Below, in pieces: positions 47,746 through 59,999 of a stretch of 64,000 nt of DNA; the stretch's first letter is position 1, and each line of letters begins with the position of its first letter. The notes under the pieces were generated by a model that saw only the letters and a list, made by a program, of their open reading frames with translations, made no database searches and was not told the DNA's origin. This DNA comes from Okamejei kenojei (Eukaryota). The stretch spans positions 27,218,001 to 27,282,000 of the forward strand of contig CM069156.1 in the NCBI GenBank assembly GCA_035221665.1, read 5' to 3'. Both the position numbers and the translations under genes were made by a program.

Positions 47746-50619
47746 TTTACTGAAACAAGCACGCTTGGTCTTGTCATGAAAAGAGATTTCCAGGAGGAAA
47801 GAGGATATACATTCTCAAAATCTCCTTTTAAAAATATAACATCCTCATGCAGGGCCCAAGTGTAAACAACGGACAGGAGCAAACAACACATCCATTGCCT
47901 AGTGGAATATCACCCACCTGTGGTAGAGTCTGTAATCCTGTATTGCACTCACTAGCTATCTCAAAGCCCACAAACCTTGTTGCTGAATCAGCCTAAGAGG
48001 AAGAGAATAAATGATGAGAGGAAGGTAAAGAGGTAGGGTGGCGCAAGGAGGGAATTCCAGGCCTTGGTCGCTGAAGCCATGGCATCCAGTGGTGAGATGC
48101 TGGATCTCAGAGATGTTCAAGAAGCTACAGAGGAGCAGAGAGTTCCCAGGGCCATAGAGCTGAGGGCAAACAAAATAGCCGAAGGTTCAATGTGTTTACC
48201 ATTGCCGTGCTTTCGATGGAGAGGTTGAGCTGGGTATCAAGAGAGTGACACATAAACAAAGGGAAACTTTGACAGCTTAGTGTTTAACTCATTTAGGGAC
48301 ACTGCCTTGTTCCACTGCTTTTCCTAACAACAGGCTCTTTCATATTCCAGAGGGTGCAAGTCTGAGTCTGGACCGTGCAGCTCAGAGCAGAAAGGTCACA
48401 AAGCAGTAATGCAGTTAGCATTGACTGCCCCCTCTTGTAGTGCGTCTATTAGCCTGTAATTTGATTTGTAGCTATTCATTGGGAGTCCCTGCAGCAATGT
48501 GGTATGGGCTGCCATATAATTGGTACTGTCTCTATTTTTACATCATTAGATTAGCCCCTGGTGCCTGGCCACGTGTTGTCTGTGCTGGGCCGACCATTTA
48601 TGTGGCTTTAATGTAACATAAAATTCATTACTGACCACATTGAGCAATCCCACAGCACCAGCACCAAGACCATCCCCCACCATCTCCCTAGACTACCCCT
48701 CTCGACCCCGCCCGCCATCTCTCTCCCACCATCTCAAGTTCTGCTTTGTGCAAGAACATTGTTTTAACCCTTTGTGGAACGACAGTCAGGATAACACCAT
48801 CAGCTGGACTAAAACAAAGAAGCAGCCATGGCAAAGATGCCTCGGGGCTATCTGCAAGTCAGGACAGAACACCATGGTCCAAAATTATTGTTAGTACTTC
48901 CGTGTTTGCACAGAGGGCTCTGGGCACACGAGGTGATGTCAAACGTGCCTCATACTCATTTGACATTGCCAACAAAGTCCTCCTGCACATTCAAGCCACA
49001 GTGAAAACCAATGCACATTTTAGCAGGGTATTAATATTTGCAATTAAAACTCTCATTCCTATGTTCAAATACCTCCATCATTTCTATATCCCCTCTCCTC
49101 TACAACCTCTGAAATAAATTAAATCCTCCAATCCTCATTATTAAATCACAGTGAAGAAGTTGGTATGGCCATAGAGGGAATTCAACATGATGATTTTAAG
49201 ACTTTAACGTCTTACTCGTTGAATAACTTTCCTCTGTGGATCTATGGAGTTAACAGTAATTTAACAAAAGAGATCTAGCATAAAGTAACAGCTTTACCTG
49301 AGCTTGTGAATTCTACCGAGCAGCTGCCCATTTGATAACAGGGTAGAATCTCCCTTTAATGAATACAGGTTAGGAAGCTTCTGCCACCGGGTGCTGAGAT
49401 TCCAGGTTGCCAGTATTAAATGGGTGCAAAGATATCCTAGGATTCACTTTGGCATATTTGGTTCCACTGAAGTCAAGGAAGTGAAGAGCAGCATAAGGGT
49501 ACCTGATATTATCGTGTGTGTTTAGTGCTGGTGACCAAACACTCATTTCTCTCAGCGGGTGTTTGTGAAGGAAGATTCCCACAGGGATGACTTGGGATTG
49601 GAAATCAATGATACTACTATTCATATATGTTGAGTTGATCAGTCTTGGGCATAAAAGCCACACACAAAGAATTACAGAGGTTCTGCCCAGAAGTAAGAAT
49701 ACCTTGAATCATTGGTTCTGGGATTGCAGTCCTGAAAGTTAAAAAAAAACGCAATAACGTTGTGGAATATTTGACTGCGGCACTGTGGCATCTAATTGTT
49801 TAATTTACAAACACATAAATGGAGCAGGAATAGGCCACGGCCCCTCAAAACCACCCCGCCAGGGCTGACTTGCTCCAGGCCTCCTCTTCTCTTCTCTTCT
49901 GTGCCGGTTACACACACACTCTCTTCAGCTTCTCCAGATACTTCTCCTCATTAATCTCGAGTTTGAGTCCCAGCACCAATATAGAACGCACAAGAACACC
50001 GCGCCCAGGTTGATGCTATTCCGGGAGGTTTAAGAGCAGGATATTCTAACCAATGTTACCTTATTTATTTTTATAAAGGTTAGGTCTGCTGTGGCTGAGT
50101 TTGCAAGCAATTGATAACTTACAAGTAAGGCTTTTTTTTATTATTCATTATTTGAGACATGAACATTTCAGCATTAAGTGGCCATCCCTAATTGTCTTTG
50201 AGAAGATGGTAAGAGAGTCAGCTTCTTGAACTGCTGTAGACCTTCTGGTGCCAGGATTTAGAGCCAGCGACAATGAAGGGTTGGTGATATATTTGGAAAC
50301 GTATTTGATTGGTGTGTAATCTGGAGGGCGGTGTTTCCTTGCGCTTACTTCCCTGTCCGTCTTGGTGGTAATGGTCTCGGGTTTGGAAGGTGCGGTTGAA
50401 GCCGTGAGTAATTTGAGTATTTTCTAGCTGGTCTGGCACTAGATACTGGAGGTTTGAATTAGAACAAGCTTGGAATAATCAGCAGGTCAGGCAGCATATG
50501 TGAGACGAGAAATCAAGTCAATGTTTCAGGTAAGTCACTCATCACCAAATCACCGGCTTGTAACTTTGTCTTACTGTGAAAGTGTTTACATGTCTGGTTC
50601 ACTTGAATTTTGACCACAG

Positions 50620-50940
50620 GACAGCACAATGGCACAGCTGATAGAGTTGCTGCCTCACAGCGCCGGAGATTCCAAGTTTGATCCTGAACTTGGGTGGCTG
50701 TCGGTGTGGAGTTTGCACATTCCCTCTGTGACTGCATGGTTTCCTCAAGGGGCACTGGTTTCCTCCCACATCCCAAAGACATGCGAGGTTGTAGGTTATT
50801 TGGCATCTATAAAATTGCCCCTAATGTATAGTGAGTGAATGAGAAAGTGAGTTAATATAGAACTAGTGTGAATGGGTGATCGATAGTTGGTGTGTACTCG
50901 GTGGGCCAAGGAGCTTGTTTCCATGCTGTAACTCTAAACT
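50620..50940 (+). mobile_element. HE1-type V-SINE, full length
   Basis: Head, V core gtgtggagtttgcacattccctctgtgactgc, tail tttccatgctgtaactctaaact. Confidence 0.88.
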
Positions 50941-52167
50941 CGAACATTCCCAATTCATCCACATGTGCTTCTGGTCAATGAATGGACAAGAGTGCAGTGA
51001 GGATGTGCTGACTGACTGATCCTCGCTCTCTTCTCCATTGGGAGGTCGCTTCCTTCCTATGGAGCTCGCTGCCAGAGGATGGAGAGACGCCACTATAGTC
51101 CTCCATCTGAAGCCTGTTGGTTCTCCAGACCGTTTCTCCATCGCCGGTCCTGCAAATGCACAGGCACTGTTGCCATGGGTTACAGCCTGCACCGTTCCAA
51201 ACCATTGCTGTGATAACTTGATTATTTCAGAGGAAAAATAGTGTAACCCTGGACCGAACAAGTACTCAGGGCAGTAATTCTTTGTCAAAATTCACATTTG
51301 GAGAAGAAATTCAATTTCTTATGTGTACACGTTATAGTTAATAATACATTACATGATGCATGATATTTGATATATTGCACTTAAAGCTTTGAAGGAGTGT
51401 TGAAAATGCACATAACTGCACGGGACTTACAGTGGTTATGGTAAGTAACCACACACCCTGTGTGAATTGAATGCAACTGAAACTTACAGCATCAAAACAG
51501 GCCCTTCGGCCCAACGAGTCCATGCCAACCATCGATCCCGTATTCACACCAGTTCTATTTTATCCCACTTTTGTATCCATTCCCCACAACTAGGGGCAAT
51601 TTACAGGGGCCAATTAACCCATAAATCTAAGGAGGGGTCGAGGGGGGAATGACAGAGAGGAAGGTGAACAATGAAGGGTGTGCTCAAGGATGGAAGTAGA
51701 AAGTGATCAGGAGAGAAGGGGAGATACAGCAGGAGGCAAAAGGGGAGCGAGAGAGTAGCCAAAATCTCTAGCCAAGTGGAGGCTCAGTTGTGGTGTATAT
51801 TCGGTGATTATATTTTGTTGGATTTTTGGGTTTGAAGGAGATTGCTGGATGTAAGAACCAGGCAAATTGACATTAGAATGAGTGTGATTTGTTAACTTGA
51901 TTGAGAAAGCTTGCGAGGCCATGCGGCCTACCCCTGCAAACATTTTCTATATTCAAATGTTTTGTTTAGCAACAAACAAGTTGAAAACTAAATTATTTTC
52001 ATTGTTTGTCATGCAAAGAAAACTACTTTCAAAATATTGTGGCACCAAAGGAAATGTTGAGATGGTCCAAGGATCTTGTTATGAAAGCAGGCACACTCAG
52101 AGAACCCGGCAAATATTGACAGCCTATGGTTAGCAAAGTTCTTGGATTTGTTTTGCGCACAAAGATT

Positions 52168-52246
52168 GACCCTTTGGATGAGGTACTAGCAAGCTGTCAG
52201 CGTCCATAGGACCAGACCCCAGCCACTTGAGATAGGATGAGGAAAA
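52168..52246 (+). mobile_element. LF-SINE-like 3' fragment
   Basis: ctttggatgaggtactagcaagctgtcagcgtccataggaccagaccccagc resembles the remembered CTTGGGCGAGGTACTGGAGGGCTGCTGGCACCCGTGGAACCGTACCCCAGC. Confidence 0.5.
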
Positions 52247-52629
52247 GCTAGAGGGCAAAACCATCAATCCGAAGACATTAACCCCAAGAGTTCATGAAAG
52301 GCGTGATTTATCGCAGCGTAGCATGCCTGAGGTGGTGATGACTGAGCGTTACCAGGATATTTTAACCCTGGAATTGCAGATAAGGGACCTACAGGGTCAA
52401 ATCAATGAGTGAGATTTATTAATATCTGTCCAGTTCCTGGGCAAACACTCCACACTCATCATTGTTTCTGATTGGAACTTTCAGGAAAACAGATTAAAAG
52501 GCGTTTTGTACTTTGAACCTTTGAAGACTTGCTAGTAATTTTATTTCTGGTTCAAAGTTTAAAGATTTAGAGCCCTCTTTCTGCAATTCTACCAATAATG
52601 AAGACAGGGAGATATCTATAGAGCAGGTC

Positions 52630-53000
52630 ACACATTGGTGAGTGTTGTTTAGCCTTGCTCAAAGACATGGGTCCGGATCCTAGGTCAAGCCTGTCAGTGT
52701 GCTATTGAACGGTCCTCACTGTTCAAAGTACAGTCTTACAGACCAAACGTTGAACAAAGGACTAACTACGCTCCTAGATGGATGCAAACAATCCTGTGAT
52801 ATCCGATTACTCTCTAGTGTTTTGGTGGTCAATATTTATCAATGTTACTAATACAGCTCCTTGTCATTATCATATAGTTGGTGAGAGCTTACTGTCCGCT
52901 GTTGTCTTACCCACATTATAACAGTCATTACATTTCAAAGGTACGGTAAAACATTAGGGTCTTCCTGCGATTGTTAAGAGATTATGTAACTGCGGTTCTT
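52630..53000 (+). mobile_element. Deu-domain SINE relic with L2-like tail
   Basis: gtcttacagaccaaacgttgaacaaagg...gatggatgcaaacaatcc...ggtcaatatttatc...cacattataacagtcattacatttcaaag. Confidence 0.5.
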
Positions 53001-53106
53001 TATTCTTCTTTACTTGGGTAACGCAAGCAAGAGGAAAGCGTAATAGTTCCTCTGTATCCTGACCCCATTAGTGCACCCAATACTCTCAGATCTTCACTAG
53101 CCAACT

Positions 53107-53316
53107 GTGTAGGACAGTACTGCAGAAGCTGGTTTAAACTGAAGATAGACACAAAAAGCTGGAGTAACTCAGCGGGTCAGACAGCATCTCTGGAGCAAGG
53201 AATCGGTGACATTTTGGGTCGAGACCCTTCTTCCAACAAGACATATCATCCATTGCTTTTCTCCAGAGATGCTGTCTGACCCGCTGAGTTACTCCAGTTT
53301 TTTGTGTCTATCTTCA
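53107..53316. mobile_element. Fold-back Penelope-like 3'-end insertion with probable TSD
   Basis: Arms 53140-53195 and 53261-53316 (56 bp, 1 mismatch). Flanking direct repeat atcttcactagccaact (53090-53106) / atcttcactagttaact (53310-53326). Confidence 0.85.
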
Positions 53317-53649
53317 CTAGTTAACTTTTCTCGTCACTGGCCAATGAAGAGCAATCACAGGTATGTTTAGGCCAAACACTCTCACCAGGCAGATGCAGTA
53401 GTCAAGATGCTCCTAAGCCTCTGTTGATCTTCATAGGGAGGGAATGTCAAACGCTCTTTTCCACTCTGTGTACACGGCTCAGGAAATTACAAGTATACTT
53501 TTGCTCCATCCCGGAATGAGCATGTTATGCAGTACATTGCAGGTCTCTTTTACAGGTCTGTTATCTGTCTGTGCTGCCATTTTGGCTGAGGATGTTATTT
53601 GAACCTATTTTTCATGCATAACTTCTTCTAGATTCCAAGTCAGTCACAT

Positions 53650-54100
53650 TTAGTTTATTGTCGTATGCACAAGTACAGTGAGCTACAGCTCCATTGAAAA
53701 TTTTGCTTGCAGCCGCATCTCAGGCACATAGGCTCCACGACAAACAAAAACATCAATTGCACATCAATTGAAAAGAAAAAGACTGCAAAAAACATGATAC
53801 CAGTGCAAGACAAGCCCATGGTAACACAAGAGGTGGTCTGGAATATTCTGTTGCCGAGGTGGGATTAGGGCTGTGCGGGTTGGTTCAATAACCTGTTCAT
53901 TATAAGAAAGTCATATTCCTGGCCCTGGTGGTGTGTGACTTGAAGCTTCATAGTTGCAGTGAGAAGAGGGCAAGGCCTGGATGGTTGGTATCATCTTGAG
54001 GTGCTGCTTCAATGGTGGGGAAGTCAGTCCCCATGGTGGACCAGACTCAGTCCACCACTCTGTGCAGCCTCTTGTGTTCCTGTGTGTTGGAATTTCTGCA
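53650..54100 (-). mobile_element. Old LINE 3' end (Rex1-like)
   Basis: tttattgtcgtatgcacaagtacagtgag...tattcctggccctggtggtgtg...ccaccactctgtgcagcct parallels the young Rex1 copy at 7950-8460. Confidence 0.55.
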
Positions 54101-55879
54101 CCACTACAAGATACAAGAAGCTGTGATTACATTTCTATGGCTGTATTTAAAAGAGTTGCTGCAGGGGCGGGGAAACCGATGAGGGGAGGCATGCATTTCT
54201 GTACATTTTGTCTTTCTTGTGATCAGAGAAAACATTCCTAACAAGAAGCTCAGATGCATTGAGAGATCCCATGAGGCATGAGCCATGCAGGCATGCTTGA
54301 AATTATTTACAGATGGTCTGGGCATCTTGCGTAAAGAAGAGATGAAATACGTTCGAAGATATGAAGCACACCTAGATAGTTCTGAAGAAGGGTCTCGACC
54401 CCCGAAATGTTATCTTTTCTTCTCTCTGATGCTGCCTGTCCCGCTGAGTTACTCCAGCTTTTTGTGTCTAAGATATTTCTGATCCCAGGCAAGTTACAGC
54501 CATTGGATTTTCAGTACACTGCCCAGCTATTCTTTTACTTTCAATGCTCTGTGAGGTCCTAAAATAGCTTCACGGCCTGTGAAGGATTTTGAAAGTGCAG
54601 TCAGCTTTGTAATGCAGGAAACATGTCTATCAGCAAGCTCGCACATAATCTTGTTTTCCCATCAAAGTACATGAGTGGAGTGACTGACTTGGTGAGGCTG
54701 GAGCGTGCTGGAAACCTCGGAGAGTGTGTGGGAGTTGCTTGTCGGTCGGCAGAAGTGCTCTCAGCCCGCACAGAAACACCCAGAATAGCAAAGGGTTAAA
54801 TCACCACGAATGGTGAATTTGGTAAACAGGAGTTTGGCTAAAAATTTGGGTGGAACAAGAATAAACTCTCTCTAATGGTTTAACAGTTCATTTTCAAAAT
54901 GGTCTTTTTTTTTTCAAGCTGTTGTGGATGACCCAGTGTCGGTCTTGTTACAAAGAGATTCATTTATTGAAATCAGTGACAGCTTCCAGGCATCCGGTCA
55001 GAAGGACACACATCCTGTGCTGATCCGATGGACCATTTTTCATGCAGCAAGTGTTTATAATCTACCATTCCGGCTGAGGTTTTAACCCCCTCATGTACAT
55101 GACTACTCAAAAACAGTAATCAGTGCTGAAATGTCCATCTGGTTTGGCGATCTGCCCACCCAGCAGACACAGGATGGGTAGGAGACCTCTCAAAACTCTT
55201 GGCCCAAGGGAACCGGCCAATTTCAGTTCCTGTCTGTTGCACCTATTTGACTCGCAACAATAATTTGCATTTATGCAGCTCCATCAGCATGAAAAACTGT
55301 CGCAAGACACACTTTAGAAGAGCATTTTTCAGTCAAAGTTTGCCACCGAGCCACACGGTCAAACCTAAAGCTTGGCCAAAGAGTTCGATTTCAGGGGGCA
55401 AAGAATGATATGAAGTTTAGTGACAAGATTCCAGGCAGAAATATGGATATGCAGGGAATGGAGGGATATGGAGCACGTGCAGGCAGAGAAGATTAATTTG
55501 GTATCATGTTCGGCACTGACATGGTGGGCCTGTTTCCATGCTGAAATGTTCTGTGTTCTGTATACTGGAAAGGTAATCTGCCTTTTGTCCCAGCTACTGA
55601 AGGCAGTCACTAATGGCAAACAAAGGAATTCAGCGTTGCAGAGGAAGCTAGCATTGTAGGAATGTCAAGAACTCAAAGTTGTGTTAAAGTGAGAGGTCAC
55701 AAACAGAGGTGGGCACAAGTGAGAGGTGGAGGGATTTAAGGACGTGGGAATTCAAGGCCGGGCCAAACCAGAGCTAATATGAATCATGTAATAGGTGAAC
55801 AGGGCGACAGAGTTATGGCGAAACTGAAGTATACTGAGATAAGCATCTTAGAAATTAGTCATAAGACCACTGATTGAAT

Positions 55880-56185
55880 AGAAAGATACAGCATGGAAAC
55901 AGTCCCTTCAGTCCATCGAGTCCATGCTGACCATCAATTATTCATTCACATTAGTTCTATGTTATCCCACTTTCACATCCTCTTTCTACACACAAGAGGC
56001 ATTTTACCGAGGCCAACGAACCTACAAACCAACACGTCTCTGGGATGTGGGAGGAAACCGGAGCACCCAGAGTAAACCCACACGGTCACAGCAAGCTCCA
56101 CACGGACAGCACCCGAGGTCAGACTGGAACCTGGATATCTAGCGTGTGAGGCAGCAGCTCCACCAGCTGCTCCACTGTGCTGTCT
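55880..56185 (-). mobile_element. HE1-type V-SINE
   Basis: gggatgtgggaggaaaccggagcaccc...gaggcagcagctccaccagctgctccactgtgc. Confidence 0.88.
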
Positions 56186-56839
56186 TTGCCTTTAAATGGA
56201 CAATTTTACTTTTTTCCCACATTGTACTACATTTACTAAACCTTTGCCTGCTCACTGATTTTAGTTTTTCCCTCTGAGTTTCCCTTGAGAGAAATGATAA
56301 ATCAAAATAGAACAGAATTAACTACAAAGATTTGTCCATCTACCAAATCTGTTGGATGGATTGAGTGAGCATGGCTGAATCTATTGAGAATATTTGAAGA
56401 TCATTGGCCTGAGGTATTAACTCTTTCTTTCTACACATATGCTGCCTGACCTGTTGAGCATTTCCAGCAATTTTGTGTCTTTTTATTTGGAAATTATTAG
56501 GAAATTATCATAACTACTTTAATGTAGTCAGACTTAGCCTTTCAAACGAGAAGGATCCATGGCACAATATGTGCAGAAGATACCTAGCTGTGTGTAAACT
56601 TAATTAGGTAGCAAGACTGCACATGGAGCGGAACCAAAGATGGATTTAGTCTGCGAGCCGCGATGTTAGTTTATTGGTCTGAAACATTGTCAAATGCTGC
56701 ATTCAGCAGGAAACCCACTGTACTTGTAGCTGACTTCATTAACAAAGGTATAATCTTCTTCAACAATCCCTTGAGCAAGAGTGTTTGACTACCATGGTAC
56801 AATCAGACCTTACCACAAGGAATCTGTACACTCATCCGT

Positions 56840-56960
56840 GTCTTCTCTCTCACTTTCTATCTCAGTCTCTTCCTCCCTCCCGCTCATTCTCTCTGGATTC
56901 CCTCCCTCCCTCCCTCTCAATCTCTCTCGATCTTCCCTCCCTCCCTCCCTCCCTCTCTTT
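56840..56960 (+). repeat. CT-rich low-complexity / (CCCT)n microsatellite
   Basis: Read directly from the sequence. Confidence 0.8.
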
Positions 56961-59329
56961 ATACATGCAGTTGTATCACAAATTTCAGTTTCTATTTTCC
57001 TAATGAAGACACACTGTCCTTCCCTGCCCTTTCCCTCACATAACTAATACAAAAACACTGCATGGGATTTCTCAGATACACAACGTGCGGGTTTTCTTTT
57101 TTAAAAGTGAGCACAGCCTCTTGTGGAAGGAATGGTTCCAGTTTTTATCCTCTCCTTTGGTCTCTGATGAGGACTGGCCACCAGAACTTTGTCCTGCCTT
57201 TTCCAATTGCAATGGCGGGCTGTTATTTAAGGTACAAATGCTGCCATTACCTCTTAGATCAGTCTAAATTTAAGGGGGGTTGCGAGGGGTGTTAGTGTGG
57301 TGGGGACTGGTTGGTGGGGGGACTCGGCTGCACTGTCTCCCATCAGGGCTTAGTCAGGATGGAAACCAGGCAGCACAATAGGCAGATGTTCAGAAGTGAT
57401 TCACTAAATTTTCTTTATTTGACAACATACCTTTCTTCCTCGTTGCTCATGGTGTAGATGTGAGAATATGTGCAATTTTTTTACTGATATTTAACTCATC
57501 CGCATGTAGAACGGACTATCTTAGCTTTTACTTGGGCCAAGGATCTTGAAGTTTATTGAAATGGAAAGTAACGGACACAATGCACTGTGGACGACACATG
57601 AAGGTTGAAAAGAGCAAGAGTGAAGATGAGGTAAAGCAAGAATTAATGATTTGGCGCCATTAATTTTAGCTTTTAGAAGTCTGTCAATTGTAGGATGCAG
57701 AGAAAACCAAGTAAGGAATTTCATCAATTTGGGATTTTCAGGAATTATAAAGTGGATGAGTCTTTGTTTCAACAGATGTAGAGGATGATTATTGTGTCAG
57801 ATGGTGTAATTAACCCCACAGTTCCTGCCCCCATGACCCCTGCTTTGCCCAGCCTCTCTGCCCTGCTCTGCCCTGACCTTTCACTCAGCCTGCATCCCTG
57901 GCTTGTCTCTTCCACATCCATAACCTTGTCTCTGTCCCTCCTGACACAGCACCCCACCTTTCCAGACCGTGTCTCTATCCGAGAACTCTCCTTACCCTCT
58001 CCCTTTCCTCACCCCTCGTCTCTGCTCAGCCCCACCCTTGCCGATGTCCGTTCTCACCTGTCATGACTGCTCACTGCCTCCTTGCATCTGCGCTGCAGAA
58101 ATTATATCAAATCTTCGCAAGTAACCCTTGGCCTCCTGATTTGTGCTTTTGATCCCCTGGAAAAGTCGCCAAGTTTTCTGTCAGTGATTTTCCCACCTCA
58201 TTGACCCTATGGATTTTCCTTTTTTTGGAAGTCTCCCATTGCAGTGCAGGGAATGACGGAAGAAATGAGGAGGGGGGAAAGATGGAAAACTGCTCAGGCA
58301 TGATTATTTGGCCAACAGGAGCGTGGGGCAGGTTTGATGGATCAGCTGGACATCACCTGCCAGTTAATATTACATCCTCTCGTGTAGCCCAAACTTAGCT
58401 GCAGACTGGTGCTTAGACCTGAGGCCTCGTTGCCCTATTGTATGAAAATGGGGAGTAGACGCCCTGGTTATAATCCAATGTGTCTACCGTAGTGTGAGAG
58501 AGCAGTCTTTTTTTAAATTACCACTCTTGCCCCAGTCTGATTTCTCCAACACTTAGCTAGTAACTGTGATGGCACATTCCACATCAGAGAGGCTCAAGGA
58601 CAAGGAGCTAATCCAGGTTTCTCCTCTTTTTATTGGAATTAATTGTCGATTCTGTGCTTGCATGAAGCCTCGGGCCAGCTGTCTGCTCTTAGATGCTGCA
58701 GTCACTACTTAAGAGACTCTAAAGATAGAAAAAGGAAGGAACAAGCATTAAGCTCGGACCTTGAATAGCAGGCAATTTGCAAGAAAGGCCAGTGTGTGAA
58801 AAGTGGGCTGCATTTTTCTGAACTCCATGGGGAGAATTGTGTCCCATTGATTTGAGGATGCTGCTTTCATTACCCAGGACCTGACTGTAATTCACAGTGA
58901 CAGTATGAGATGATGAGGAAGAATCTCTTCTATTCAGAGCCGCCCCAGCCTCCCCTTCACTGATCCATCAGGACGGGATGTCATTGTATCGTTTATGCAT
59001 CCTGCCACTCTGTCACTTCTGGGGAGAATGAATTAAGTCCTCACGGCAAATTGTTCTGAAGAACAATTTGCCTGGAGAGTGGCAGGCAAAAGGAGAGCTA
59101 CTTCACAAAGCAGGGAGGTCTCTTCACGATTGCTGGATGCTAGCAAGGGCTTGGTGTGATGGGCTTCTTCACTGGCCCCATGAGGGACAAGGTGTGTTGA
59201 CTTAATGACACCCCCAACAGAAAGGACCTTCATCTGCAGATCTCAGCGTCATCCTACAACCCTGATATGCAGGTTGCTTCATCACATGGTAGAACTGACA
59301 TAAAGCAGTTTGGACTTCATAACGTCACA

Positions 59330-59720
59330 GGTATTGGTATATCATAGTCACAAGCACCGAGATACAGTGAAAATCTTTTGCTTACATGCCATACAATTAA
59401 ATCAGATAATACTATACATGAGCACAGTCAAACCATAGAAAGTAGAGCAAAGAGAAAAATACCAAGAGCGCAGAATATAGTTTTGCAGAATTGTAGCATA
59501 AGAGTTCCAGAGAAAATGTCCAGGGTTTGTAATGAGGTAGGTTGGAAGATCATGACTACACCCTGGCTATGGGGGGACCATTCAGAAGCCTGATAGTGGA
59601 GGGGAAGAAGTTATCCCTGAGTTTGATGGTACCTGCTTTCAAGCTTTTATACCTTCTACCCAATAGGAGAAGGAAGAAGAGGCAGTAACCAGGGTATGAG
59701 TGATCTTGGATTATGTTGGC
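59330..59720 (-). mobile_element. Old LINE 3' end (Rex1-like)
   Basis: gagatacagtgaaaatcttttg...ggggaagaagttatccctgagtttgatggt. Confidence 0.5.
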
Positions 59721-59869
59721 AGGCTGTTGTTAATTAAAATCGGATCCATCTCTTAGCTTTATATTTACCTCATTACATTTTTGACACTGAGACACAAATC
59801 ACTGTATAATTTAAAAATATATATTACTACAATGGCCTTGAATTAACAGGAGATGTTGAATGCAATTTC

Positions 59870-59995
59870 TATATCTCTTGTTTCCCTTATCCCTAACTAG
59901 TCTAAAGAAGTGTCTCGGCCCGAAACGTCACCCATTCCTTCTCTCCAGAGATGCTGCCTGTCCCGCTGAGTTACTCCAGCTTTTTGGTGTCTACC
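59870..59995 (+). mobile_element. Penelope-like 3' end
   Basis: tctaaagaagtgtctcggcccgaaacgtcacccattccttctctccagagatgctgcctgtcccgctgagttactccagc. Confidence 0.85.
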
Positions 59996-59999
59996 TTTA

